A stretch of 48,012 nucleotides of DNA, from assembly GCA_025464325.1 (NCBI GenBank), contig JAODGH010000032.1, positions 1-48,012 on the forward strand, written 5' to 3'. Source of the DNA: Methanosarcinales archaeon (GTDB taxonomy: Archaea; Halobacteriota; Syntropharchaeia; Alkanophagales; Methanospirareceae). Position 1 is the first letter of the stretch. Every line of letters begins with the position of its first letter. The notes under the pieces are model-generated. The model made no database searches. It was not told where the DNA came from and saw only the letters and a program-made list of their open reading frames with translations. The position numbers and the translations under genes are program-made. Of this stretch, positions 38,788 to 48,012 are shown one piece after another.

Positions 38788-39114
38788 ATGGTAAAAACCA
38801 GCATGGGTATAGAAGAGAACATAGCCGGGCTTCTATGTTATGTCCTGGGTTGGATAACGGGTATTGTATTCCTGGTGCTGGAGAAGAATAGCCGATTTGT
38901 TCGATTTCATGCAATGCAGTCACTGATCACGTTTCTATCTCTTACAATAATAAACTGGATAGCTGGCATTATACCGCTGATCGGCAGTCTACTTTCAACT
39001 GCCATCGTGCTGTTATCGCTAATACTCTGGCTGATATTGATGTTCAAGGCATACAGTGGCGAGATGTACAAGTTACCGGTAGTGGGCGATTTAGCAGAGG
39101 GTCTGATAAAATAA
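38788..39114 (+). CDS. DUF4870 family membrane protein
   Basis: ENIAGLLCY, FVRFHAMQS, KAYSGE.YKLP. Confidence 0.88.
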   Translation: MVKTSMGIEENIAGLLCYVLGWITGIVFLVLEKNSRFVRFHAMQSLITFLSLTIINWIAGIIPLIGSLLSTAIVLLSLILWLILMFKAYSGEMYKLPVVGDLAEGLIK

Positions 39115-39136
39115 TATTAACGGGTGAAGCCAAAAG

Positions 39137-39838
39137 ATGATCAGGAGCGAAAAAATGAGTTGGAGTATAGTATGGCTGGTATGGCTGACCGTGCTGGGAC
39201 TGCTTTTTATCGGTGTTATCGGTGTTATCGGTGTTATTACAGCCGCGCCGCAGGTAGTGGATTATACTGATCTGATCAAGAAGTTACCGCAGCCACCGAA
39301 CGGATGGACCGCGAATGAACCGGAGGGGCTGAATTCTAAAACACCTGCCGGTGCCTTCAGCTTTGCGAGCAGGGAGTATACACAGTCAGGTACAGATAGA
39401 ATTGTGGATGTTACAATATTCGGTGGCGGCGATCTAATGCCGTTCTGGCAGGAATGGCAGGGCTTATATGCCTATGAATCTACGGATGGTTATGCGAAAC
39501 GGGTAACGGTTAATGATTTCCCCGCCTGGGAAGTGTACAGCAACGATACAGGCGAGTACATGCTATACATCGGTATAAACAGGAAAATAGGTGTGGTGGT
39601 GACAACCGATCAGGATAAGGATACACTGTATTTATTCGCAAACTCGATAGACTACAGCGGACTTGCCGCATTGTGCGGGGCGATAAATCCAACACCGCTC
39701 GTAACACCGGGTGAAGCGCCGCCGACAGCCACGAGCACACCAGCATCGGGGTCTGGAGATACCGGTAAGACGCCAGGGTTTGGATGGGTACATGCAATCG
39801 CAGGTGCTATTGCTGCATTATACATTTTGAGAAGGTAG
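39137..39838 (+). CDS. Exported surface protein with PGF-CTERM sorting signal
   Basis: N-terminal hydrophobic signal, Pro/Thr linker, TPGF-TM-RR C-terminus. Confidence 0.8.
   Translation: MIRSEKMSWSIVWLVWLTVLGLLFIGVIGVIGVITAAPQVVDYTDLIKKLPQPPNGWTANEPEGLNSKTPAGAFSFASREYTQSGTDRIVDVTIFGGGDLMPFWQEWQGLYAYESTDGYAKRVTVNDFPAWEVYSNDTGEYMLYIGINRKIGVVVTTDQDKDTLYLFANSIDYSGLAALCGAINPTPLVTPGEAPPTATSTPASGSGDTGKTPGFGWVHAIAGAIAALYILRR
39207..39237 (+). repeat. 9-bp tandem repeat (TTATCGGTG) x3.4 encoding IGV x3
   Basis: Directly visible. Confidence 0.9.
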
Positions 39839-39944
39839 GGTACCTTCCTGAAAAGGAAACGTCCCGCGGCACAGACACCTGCGATGCTTCTTTCATGTTG
39901 TGCATGATCAAAGCTACCGTTGTAGCTGAATTATTACACTATCT

Positions 39945-39972
39945 TTATTTATACAAGATTATTTATACAAGA
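39945..39972 (+). repeat. 14-bp tandem duplication TTATTTATACAAGA containing a TATA-like box upstream of rps14
   Basis: Exact copies at 39945-39958 and 39959-39972. Confidence 0.85.
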
Positions 39973-39994
39973 GAATATAATTAGATGATGAGAT

Positions 39995-40150
39995 ATGGAG
40001 CGGAATAAGGATAAGAGGTTCGGAAGAGGTGCAAACGCATGCAGGCGATGTGGTAGACAGCGGGGGCTGGTTCGCAGATACGGGATATATCTCTGTCGGC
40101 AGTGCTTCCGGGAGATAGCAAGGGATATAGGTTTTAAGAAATATAATTAG
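39995..40150 (+). CDS. rps14: 30S ribosomal protein S14 (zinc type); absent from the ORF track
   Basis: Manual translation [51 protein letters not shown]. Confidence 0.97.
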   Translation: MERNKDKRFGRGANACRRCGRQRGLVRRYGIYLCRQCFREIARDIGFKKYN

Positions 40151-40160
40151 GTGGTATAAG

Positions 40161-40553
40161 ATGACACTGAATGATCCGCTTGCAGATGCACTTTCGCATA
40201 TAAAGAATACAGAACGTGTGGGTAAGCTGGAATGTATTATAAAACCGGCTTCTAAACTGATCGGTAATGTACTCAGCGTGATGAAAGAAGGTGGCTACAT
40301 AGATGAGTTCGAGTACATAGACGATGGCAGAGGTGGCATATTCAAAGTGAAGCTCAGAGGCAAGATAAATGATTGTAATGCGATCAAACCCCGTTTCTTC
40401 GTTCGTGTGAAGGAGTACGAGAAATGGGAGAAGCGGTTCTTACCTGCGCGTGATTTTGGTATGCTCATAGTTACAACTTCAAAGGGCGTGATGTCGCATC
40501 ATGATGCGATAGAAGCGGGCATAGGTGGGCAGTTGCTCGCGTTCGTTTATTAA
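40161..40553 (+). CDS. rps8: 30S ribosomal protein S8
   Basis: [27 protein letters not shown]. Confidence 0.98.
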   Translation: MTLNDPLADALSHIKNTERVGKLECIIKPASKLIGNVLSVMKEGGYIDEFEYIDDGRGGIFKVKLRGKINDCNAIKPRFFVRVKEYEKWEKRFLPARDFGMLIVTTSKGVMSHHDAIEAGIGGQLLAFVY

Positions 40554-40567
40554 ATTGGATTAAATGG

Positions 40568-40999
40568 ATGGTGTATCCGAATAGGTCTAAGATAAGATAC
40601 ATCGAGCATCCTTCTGATGTTGGATTTGAGGTTCAGGGAGCGACGCTGGCGGAGCTATTTGCCAATGCTGCGATTGCATATTACAGTTTTATAACCGATG
40701 TAGAGGCGATAGATGAAACCGAGGAGCGCACCATAGAGCTAAAAGCGGAGGATCTGCATAGCTTGATGTTCGATTGGATAGATGAACTGATCTTTTTATT
40801 TGAATCGGAATCGTTGGTCTTCAAGAAGTTTGATCTGGAGGTGGATGAAACCCGTTATACTTTGAGTGGTATTTGCCGCGGTGGAAAGTTCGATCCCGGC
40901 AGGCACGAAGCGGGTATAATAATCAAAGCGGTTACATATAACATGATGGAGATAAAGAAGAACGAGGTCTGGCACGCGCGTGTTGTTCTTGATGTATGA
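40568..40999 (+). CDS. Archease
   Basis: EHPSDV, IKAVTY, C-terminal VLDV. Confidence 0.93.
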   Translation: MVYPNRSKIRYIEHPSDVGFEVQGATLAELFANAAIAYYSFITDVEAIDETEERTIELKAEDLHSLMFDWIDELIFLFESESLVFKKFDLEVDETRYTLSGICRGGKFDPGRHEAGIIIKAVTYNMMEIKKNEVWHARVVLDV

Positions 41000-41009
41000 T
41001 GATGGATAG

Positions 41010-41780
41010 ATGATCAATGCGAATATAAGGTTAATAGAGGGTATTCCTGCGTTATATCTGCGATCGGAAGCTGCTTTATGCATTGCAGACCTGCATCTCG
41101 GCTATGAGGAGGCATTGATGGAGAGCAGTGGGATATCACTGCCATCCGGGCAACTGAAGGATGTGGAGAATAAACTGGCGACGGCGATTTCGAAATGTGG
41201 ATGTGTGCGCAGGTTGATAATAAACGGCGACTTGAAGCACGTATTTGCGCAATCCAGCCGGCAGGAATGGAATGAAGTGCCACTGTTCATCGAGTTCGCG
41301 CTCGGTTACGTGGAGGAGATAATACTGGTGCGGGGTAACCATGACACCTTTCTTGGGCCTCTGAAACGTTTTGGTAGCGCTATAGAGATCGTGAATGCAC
41401 TATCATGCGGCGATACACTGTTTCTACACGGGCATAACCGCGATTTTGAGCAGATACTGAGTGAAAGTAGCGAAGAGGTGGTAGTAATCGCGCACGAGCA
41501 CCCTATCATCGTACTGGGTGACCGGGTAGGTGCACGTGTAAGGTTGCCATGCTTTCTTACTGGCGATTTGGGCGTAACGAGAAAACTGATAGTTATGCCC
41601 GCGTTCTCACCACTGGCGGGAGGTACGCCGGTGAACCTTGCGTCACGTGAAGAGCTCTTATCTCCGATACTGAGAAGCACGGGTATAGATTATATGGAGG
41701 TGTACGCGGTGGACGAAGCAGTAGGAATACTGAACTTTCCTGAGCTGAGGAGATGGAGAGATATATCGCTATCTCTGTAA
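41010..41780 (+). CDS. Metallophosphoesterase (COG1407-like)
   Basis: ADLHLG, NGDLKH, RGNHD, HGH, HEHP, MPAFS. Confidence 0.92.
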   Translation: MINANIRLIEGIPALYLRSEAALCIADLHLGYEEALMESSGISLPSGQLKDVENKLATAISKCGCVRRLIINGDLKHVFAQSSRQEWNEVPLFIEFALGYVEEIILVRGNHDTFLGPLKRFGSAIEIVNALSCGDTLFLHGHNRDFEQILSESSEEVVVIAHEHPIIVLGDRVGARVRLPCFLTGDLGVTRKLIVMPAFSPLAGGTPVNLASREELLSPILRSTGIDYMEVYAVDEAVGILNFPELRRWRDISLSL

Positions 41781-41827
41781 AGGCAAATGCATGAACAACT
41801 CACCGGTAAATAACCTCCTCACTTTTT

Positions 41828-42484
41828 TTATTCCAGTTTCCTCTTCTCGCCCGTTATCATGTATATGATACGGGATGCTATATTGCACGCGTGGTCGCCA
41901 ATTCGTTCTAAATGCAGTGCTACGAAGAGCAGATGCCCCGCATTTGCTATGCAGCGTGGTCGCTCTATCGTTATCGTTATCAATTCCCGCCTGACCTGAT
42001 CAAATAGCGCATCTATCATGTCATCACGAGCAGAGAAATCCTCAAGTATCTTTATATCCCCGGTGGCGAACGCTTTGAGACAATCAGCGATCATACCCTG
42101 TGAAATCTCCGACATCCTCGGTATATCAATCAGCGGCTTCACATGCGGTTCATCTCCCATTCTGAGCACAATCTCGGCAATATCGCCCGCCAGGTCGCTT
42201 ATACGATCGAAATCAGTGATTATCTTCATGCATGTACCTATGGTACGTAAATCCGAAGCCATTGGCTGCTGTAACGCGAGCAGTCTCATACATCTGTTCT
42301 CTATATCAAATTCCAGTTCGTCTATTATTGCGTTCCCTTTCAGTATCTTCGACGCCAGTTCAGCATCGCGGTTAGCAAGGGCAGTGATGGCATTCTTCGC
42401 TGACTCCTTCGCCAGCTCGCCCATCTTCAGCACTTCTCCTTTGAGTCCCTCCAACTCCTCTATGTATTCTTTTCGCAGTGTCAT
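41828..42484 (-). CDS. phoU: Phosphate signalling protein PhoU
   Basis: LALQQPMASDLR, LERIGDHACNIA. Confidence 0.97.
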   Translation of the reverse strand: MTLRKEYIEELEGLKGEVLKMGELAKESAKNAITALANRDAELASKILKGNAIIDELEFDIENRCMRLLALQQPMASDLRTIGTCMKIITDFDRISDLAGDIAEIVLRMGDEPHVKPLIDIPRMSEISQGMIADCLKAFATGDIKILEDFSARDDMIDALFDQVRRELITITIERPRCIANAGHLLFVALHLERIGDHACNIASRIIYMITGEKRKLE

Positions 42485-43233
42485 TACCCGAACCTACCCG
42501 TAATATAATCCTCAGTCCTTTTATCTTTCGGTCGTTCAAATATTCGTGTGGTCTCATCGAATTCTATCAGCTCACCCATCAGGAAGAACGCAGTGTAATC
42601 CGATACACGAGCCGCTTGCTGCATGTTATGAGTTACTATCACAATAGTATAATCCTTCTTCAATTCCCGTAGCAACGCTTCTATCCTCGCCGTTGATATC
42701 GGATCCAGCGCCGAACATGGCTCATCAAACAGTATTATCTCAGGATTCACCGCCAACGCCCGTGCTATACACAGCCGCTGCTGCTGACCACCGGATAACA
42801 TCAATGCACTGCTGTCCAGCCGGTCATGCACCTCCTCCCACAGCGCCGCCTTCCTCAGGCTCTCTTCCACTATCCTCTTCAGTTTATTGTTCCGTATGCC
42901 ATGTATCCTCGGTCCATACGCCACATTGTCAAATATACTCATAGGAAACGGATTTGGCTGCTGGAACACCATGCCCACACGCCGTCTCAACATATTCACA
43001 TCCGTGTTTCCGTTGTATATGTTTTCCCCGTCTATTAAAACTTTACCGTCCGTCCTCGCACCGTTCAACTCGTTCATTCTGTTAAGAGCCCTGAGGAACG
43101 TCGTCTTACCACAGCCCGAAGGTCCTATCACCGCCGTTATTTTATTCGCTTCTATCTCTATATTCACCCTTTTTATCGCAGGCACATCGCCATACAGCAC
43201 ACTCAAATCTTCCGTCTCTATCAATCCCATCAC
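42484..43233 (-). CDS. pstB: Phosphate ABC transporter ATPase
   Basis: [27 protein letters not shown]. Confidence 0.98.
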   Translation of the reverse strand: MMGLIETEDLSVLYGDVPAIKRVNIEIEANKITAVIGPSGCGKTTFLRALNRMNELNGARTDGKVLIDGENIYNGNTDVNMLRRRVGMVFQQPNPFPMSIFDNVAYGPRIHGIRNNKLKRIVEESLRKAALWEEVHDRLDSSALMLSGGQQQRLCIARALAVNPEIILFDEPCSALDPISTARIEALLRELKKDYTIVIVTHNMQQAARVSDYTAFFLMGELIEFDETTRIFERPKDKRTEDYITGRFG

Positions 43234-44078
43234 TACTCACCCCTTAGCCGTTTAATATAGCGGTTACGCAGTAGAAGCGCGAATATGCTTATACACAGAA
43301 AAATACCTATCAGGACGAGAGAAGCACCAAATGCGTATGCCTCTCCTATCTCGCGGGAGGCAGGTATGACCGTAAGCACGAGATATATATAAACGGGCAA
43401 CGAACCCACATCGTCAAATAGTGAATGGGGAAGGAACGTTGCGAGCCCTCCTGTGGTGAGCAGAACAATTGCAGCTTCTCCTATTGCTTTACCCGCACCA
43501 AGCAATATGCCGGTTATCATACCCGGGTACGCGCTCTTCAGTACCACAAGGCGTATTGTCTGCCACTTAGACGCGCCGAGAGCAAGTGAAGCCGCCCGGT
43601 ATGTTGAGGGTACGGACTTTATCGCCTCCTCCGATGCCCGGACTGTCCATGGCAGGATCATTATACCCAGAGATAGCCCACCTGAGAGCACGGAGGGACC
43701 AAAACCCAGATAATAAACGAAGAAAGTCAGACCAAATAAGCCTATAACGACCGAAGGTATCCCTGCCAGGCATTCCACAAATAGCCGTGTACACATCGTT
43801 ACTATATTCCGGGGTGCATATTCCGCGAGATAGATACCAGAAGCAACACCGAGAGGTACGGCAAACAGCAGGGATACCGCAAGCAGGTATAACGAACCTA
43901 CGATCTGGGGGAATATGCCCCCTTCTTCAAAGTTTATATAGTCGGGTGATCGGAACAGGAACCCGGGACTTACCACCCGTGCTCCTGCCATCAATATGTA
44001 AAAAACAACACCGAGGAGTACCACCACCGAAATTAGCGATATCGCGCATAGGATTGCTTTTATCACACCCGTCTTCAT
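43233..44078 (-). CDS. pstA: Phosphate ABC transporter permease
   Basis: [33 protein letters not shown]. Confidence 0.95.
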   Translation of the reverse strand: MKTGVIKAILCAISLISVVVLLGVVFYILMAGARVVSPGFLFRSPDYINFEEGGIFPQIVGSLYLLAVSLLFAVPLGVASGIYLAEYAPRNIVTMCTRLFVECLAGIPSVVIGLFGLTFFVYYLGFGPSVLSGGLSLGIMILPWTVRASEEAIKSVPSTYRAASLALGASKWQTIRLVVLKSAYPGMITGILLGAGKAIGEAAIVLLTTGGLATFLPHSLFDDVGSLPVYIYLVLTVIPASREIGEAYAFGASLVLIGIFLCISIFALLLRNRYIKRLRGE

Positions 44079-44081
44079 TAT

Positions 44082-45029
44082 CTAACCCCTCACCGCCCCT
44101 TTTATTACCGTGGTGGTGCGTTCCCTCAGCACCGCCGTTGTTGCTATATTCAGTACCGCTACTATTACAAACAGAACAACGCCGATAGCGAACAGCGCAT
44201 GCTGATGCATGGATCCCCATACCATGTACGAATATTCAAGAACAATTGTGGAGGTCAGCACACGGACGGGCTCCAATACCGAATGCGGAATCCATGGTAT
44301 GTGTGGATTGCCAATGACCATCAATACAGCCATGGTCTCTCCAATCGCATTGCCCATTCCGAGAATCAGGGACGCCAGTATGCCCGAACGTGCATTTGGT
44401 AATATCAATAGCCGGATAGTGACCAGATCAGTAGCACCGAGCGCAAGAGAAGCCTCCCGGTAGGCAGTCGGCACACCCCTGATTGCATCTTCTGATATGC
44501 TTATCACATGTGGCAGCGTCATTATCGATAGTATAAGCCAGCCCGCGAGGATACTCTCTCCACATCCACCAAAATGGTCACGTATAAACGGTACAAACAC
44601 CATCAGTCCGAAAAAGCCGAGTATCACTGATGGTATTCCCACCAGCAGGTCCACACACGGTTTTATTACGTTACGGAGCCACGGAGGTGCAAATTCAGCC
44701 AGATATACCGCGGTTGGGATGCCCACCGCTGCTGCGATTGCCAGTGCACCTAACCCGACCACGAAAGTGCTTATGATTGTTGGCAGTATACCAAACTGGT
44801 TATGCCCCGGCGACCATCTCATACCGAGCAGGAATACCCTGCCAAGTGCCAGTGCCGGTAAGCTCTCCTTCACGAGGAACGCGACAATAAAAAATACAAT
44901 AAGGATGGATGAGATCCCGGAGACGAATAGTGCCTTCTCGATCAGCAGTTCCTTTGTGCTACCGCGTGCTATACGCGTTTTAAAGCTACGGAACCGCGTT
45001 GTCGCTGATTGTTGCTGCTGCTTCTTCAT
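44082..45029 (-). CDS. pstC: Phosphate ABC transporter permease
   Basis: FGILP, GIPSVILGFFG, AIGETMAV. Confidence 0.95.
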   Translation of the reverse strand: MKKQQQQSATTRFRSFKTRIARGSTKELLIEKALFVSGISSILIVFFIVAFLVKESLPALALGRVFLLGMRWSPGHNQFGILPTIISTFVVGLGALAIAAAVGIPTAVYLAEFAPPWLRNVIKPCVDLLVGIPSVILGFFGLMVFVPFIRDHFGGCGESILAGWLILSIMTLPHVISISEDAIRGVPTAYREASLALGATDLVTIRLLILPNARSGILASLILGMGNAIGETMAVLMVIGNPHIPWIPHSVLEPVRVLTSTIVLEYSYMVWGSMHQHALFAIGVVLFVIVAVLNIATTAVLRERTTTVIKGAVRG

Positions 45030-45772
45030 ATTTCTGGTTGATTCAGTACCAGTTCCTGTCCCCCCTCTGAATAGATGCGATATATTTGTATGCCCGTATC
45101 CCCTTCATTCAGTTCTATCAGATTGAACGAGGGAGGGATACCCCATTTCACCCTGTTGCTGCACGCAGTACCGGCATTCACTATCAACATCCCGTTCAGG
45201 TTCCAGACCCATGGCACGTGCTTGTGTCCGCAGAGCGCGATATTTACACCACTTTTGAGTAATAAATCGAGTACATCTCCGGCATCCACCAGTATATTCC
45301 GCTCTCTACCGGTATTTGGTACTGGAATGAGGTGGTGATGCAGTGCGAAGATCTTGACCGACGCGTTACCGAAGCTCTTCATTATCCATTCGTATTTGTC
45401 CCTGCCCACGTGTCCTTCGTCAACATCTGGCTGTGATGAATCCACACCCACTATAGTCACGCCTCTGTATCGCTTCACCGCCATTCTTGTGCCGAAGACG
45501 TCTTCAAAGCAGAGATAGCCCACGTTTCTCGCATCGTGGTTGCCGGGTACAATTACCTTCACTTCACACTCTATACGGTCGATATAGCGTTTTGCCTGCT
45601 CGAATTCGGGCGAATAGCCACCGTCGGTAATATCACCGGTCAATACCATTATCTCCGGCTCCAGCTCATTTATCTTCGCTATCACCTTCTCAGCCAGCTC
45701 CGGTAAGAAATGCGATTCCGCTACATGGATGTCCGAGAGATGCACTATCCTCATTCGTCTCTTCTCCTCCAT
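45026..45772 (-). CDS. Calcineurin-like metallophosphoesterase
   Basis: HLSDIH, TGDIT, PGNHD, HHH, GHKH. Confidence 0.92.
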   Translation of the reverse strand: MEEKRRMRIVHLSDIHVAESHFLPELAEKVIAKINELEPEIMVLTGDITDGGYSPEFEQAKRYIDRIECEVKVIVPGNHDARNVGYLCFEDVFGTRMAVKRYRGVTIVGVDSSQPDVDEGHVGRDKYEWIMKSFGNASVKIFALHHHLIPVPNTGRERNILVDAGDVLDLLLKSGVNIALCGHKHVPWVWNLNGMLIVNAGTACSNRVKWGIPPSFNLIELNEGDTGIQIYRIYSEGGQELVLNQPEI

Positions 45773-46773
45773 CCGTATGCCATATACGTCAGTAATGTCG
45801 CGATTACGGCTATCAAAGCGCCAAACCCTGGCGTTGCTGTTGCAGTAGCTGGTGTCTCTTCGGTTGCAGGTGTTGTCACCGGTGTAGCTGTTGCTTCGGC
45901 TGCAGGAGATGTTGCAGTAGCTGGTGTCTCGTCCGCGGCTATGCCGATGTAGCCCAGCTTCTTTACCACTTCCTGCCCTTTGTCACTGCACACGAAATCT
46001 ATGAATGCCTTCTCCAGTGCGCCGGGCTCACCTTTCGTTATGAGGTACAGGTTTCGTCGGATGGGGTACCTGCCCGCGAGTACGTTCTCTACCGTGGCTT
46101 CTACACCGTTAATCCTGAGTGCTTTCACCGAATTATCGATGTAACCCAGCGAGATATACCCTATACTGGCGGGATCGCTACCCACCGTTGCACGAACTTC
46201 ACCGTTCGATGGTTTTACCGAAGCTTCGTCCCTTAGCTCGCGGTTATAGGGCTTCATCACATACTTCTCGAATACTTCCCGCGTACCAGAGCCTTCTTCT
46301 CGTGTTATCACACGAATGTCCCGGTCCTCACCACCGACCTCTTTCCAGTTCGTTATCTCTCCCGCGAATATCCGTGATATCTGATCCATGCTCAAGTCGT
46401 TTACCGGGTTTAGAGGATGTACCACGATCGCAACGCTGTCATGCCCTATGACCACGGGTTTAAGGTCGGGATACTTCTCCATCTCCTCGGGCTTTATATC
46501 ACGAGATGCCGCCCCGATATCTATCTCTCCACTGCCTACCGCGCGTATGCCGTGACCGGATCCACCGCCGGATACCGATATCCGGAGTCCTGGATTCTTA
46601 GCCCGGAGCAGCTGTGCGCATTCCTGATTTATCGGTAAAACGGTCGTCGAACCCGCGATAGTAAGTTCGCCCGAGAGCCCGGTGGGTATCTGATATCCCT
46701 GTACGGGCGTTAAAGCCAGCGCTGTTACCAATGCCGCCATCACAATCGCATTTGCTTTTCCCATTTTTCTCAT
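45751..46773 (-). CDS. pstS: Phosphate-binding protein PstS with PGF-CTERM anchor
   Basis: AGSTTV.P, GGGSG.G, REEGSGTR, YPI.R; Thr/Pro linker then TPGF-TM-RRR; start 46773 or 46764 after GGAGGT. Confidence 0.95.
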   Translation of the reverse strand: MRKMGKANAIVMAALVTALALTPVQGYQIPTGLSGELTIAGSTTVLPINQECAQLLRAKNPGLRISVSGGGSGHGIRAVGSGEIDIGAASRDIKPEEMEKYPDLKPVVIGHDSVAIVVHPLNPVNDLSMDQISRIFAGEITNWKEVGGEDRDIRVITREEGSGTREVFEKYVMKPYNRELRDEASVKPSNGEVRATVGSDPASIGYISLGYIDNSVKALRINGVEATVENVLAGRYPIRRNLYLITKGEPGALEKAFIDFVCSDKGQEVVKKLGYIGIAADETPATATSPAAEATATPVTTPATEETPATATATPGFGALIAVIATLLTYMAYGWRRRDE

Positions 46774-46799
46774 TACCTCCAAAGTAGGTAGAAAATAAA

Positions 46800-46850
46800 G
46801 GATTATATAAATCATTCTATATTTCCATATATGGATTTATGTATCCATAA
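46800..46850. promoter_or_regulatory. Palindromic candidate operator(s) at the pst promoter
   Basis: Perfect palindrome TCCATATATGGA (46824-46835) overlapping inverted repeat TATGGAT-N6-ATCCATA (46830-46849); TTTATATA on the minus strand near 46804-46811. Confidence 0.5.
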
Positions 46851-47114
46851 ATAGTAGGCGTGTATCTTTACTTTACATAAATAAACCCCAAAATTCGAGT
46901 TGCCAATGCTTACTTATAATCGCCATCGTGTTATACTCTCGTGAGGACACCCACAGGGATAGTTTCGAACTTTCAATGATTGGTGCTCCCCGTGGTATTG
47001 GCTCAAACGGTTAAATAATGATATCGGGCGCTTCAAGGGGCAGTGTGATGTTGACGATAGCAATGATCAACCATTCGATTCATAAAATGATAGATCGGAG
47101 GTAAAAATACAAAA

Positions 47115-47526
47115 ATGGTAGAGGGGAAAACTCTGGTGGCTGTGTCTATTGGCGTCTGCGTCATAGCTGCGGTTGTTGCTGCGGGTGCATATGTGAGTGG
47201 CATCTCTGGATCAGGTAATCTCGGGCAAAAAACACTGAAGATTAGTCTGATTCCCGCGGAGGATCAGCTCGATATGCTCAAGAAATTAGAGCCCGTACGA
47301 AAGTATTTAGAGCGAGAATTGGGTATGAACGTGGAGACATTTACGGCAACCGATTATTCAGCAGTAATAGAAGCGATGCGGTCGAAGAAGATTGATATCG
47401 CTTACTTCGGACCGTTTTCGTATGTGCTGGCAGCGAAGCGAGCAAATGCAGAAGCAATTGTTACAGGAGGAACAGATTCGGGCAAGGTTGCGACATACCC
47501 CTCGCTTATCATCACGCACAAAGATT
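47115..47526 (+). pseudogene. phnD: 5' part of phosphonate-binding protein PhnD
   Basis: LIPAE, TDYSAVIEAMRSKKIDIAYFGPFSYVLA, Y.SLII; similarity ends at THKD. Confidence 0.85.
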
Positions 47527-47700
47527 GTAACGCCGGACGAGGTGATAGCGGGAAGCGTAGTTGTAGAAGATACGCGTATAGCCGATATATCTGAAGAGGG
47601 TATACAATGCGATGGTAATGACGTTATAGATGCCAATGGCAGGTATCTGCTCCCCGGTCTGGTAGATATTCATGGTGATGACCTTTAGATGGAAATATCC
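47521..47700 (+). pseudogene. phnM: Fragment of PhnM-like amidohydrolase
   Basis: KIVTPDEVIAGSVVVED.RI....YLLPGLVDIHGDDL*MEI; no start codon, in-frame TAG at 47686. Confidence 0.75.
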
Positions 47701-48012
47701 AAAGAATAAATAAAACATCGCTTGAAGGTGCAGCCGAAATAAATAGGGATTTATAGAACGGACATGTTGAGATAATACAGGATGCTGGAGATAGTAAAAA
47801 TTCCCTTCTTATTTGCGTCCGATTCGTGTGAACCTCCTGTCAGTATACAATTAAGGAGGACAGGAAATACGATTTAAAAGTTTCGATATACGCGCTGTTC
47901 GGGCATGCTAGCGAATGGGGATAGTCGTATGTTATGCTCCTCTCTTTAAACCGCATAAAAACTCCAGAGCGGTTTTCCAGAATCCGTTATTTATAATCAT
48001 AATGTTTATTTA

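Noticed and set aside
39848..39860. Hammerhead ribozyme core (CTGAAAAGGAAAC)
   Set aside because: Not CTGANGA and no stem II; better explained as a GAAA tetraloop hairpin
46880..47100. Gene fragment between pstS and phnD
   Set aside because: The frames I translated were interrupted and resembled no known family
47686..47688. Pyrrolysine readthrough of the phnM TAG
   Set aside because: The fragment has no start and the frame closes again within a few codons; a GAG-to-TAG decay mutation is simpler

Overview
Archaeal chromosome segment, mostly housekeeping genes. Content (mvhD-hdrA, mqnA/mqnC, archaeal MAT, radA, TBP, aIF2-gamma, PGF-CTERM proteins, an acyl-CoA dehydrogenase, heavily fragmented operons) suggests a Methanomicrobia-related anaerobic methane/alkane oxidiser such as ANME-1/Syntropharchaeia; this is inference. 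It has about 55 CDS, one tRNA-Ser(GCT), a complete pst/phoU operon and several decayed fragments, with no CRISPR array, rRNA or intact transposase. Most notable: (1) a tandem secY duplicate with an intact ORF but rewritten ribosome-binding loops and new acidic residues in TM helices; (2) aIF2-gamma apparently starting at a non-canonical ACG codon; (3) a phnD/phnM deletion scar from a lost C-P lyase operon; (4) a minimal ATP-grasp + phosphohistidine dikinase lacking an acceptor domain; (5) a membrane-anchored PD-(D/E)xK nuclease-HRDC fusion; (6) an acyl-CoA dehydrogenase lacking both catalytic glutamates; (7) a decayed defence-type islet and two candidate structured RNAs. All family calls come from motif recognition by eye; no searches were run.
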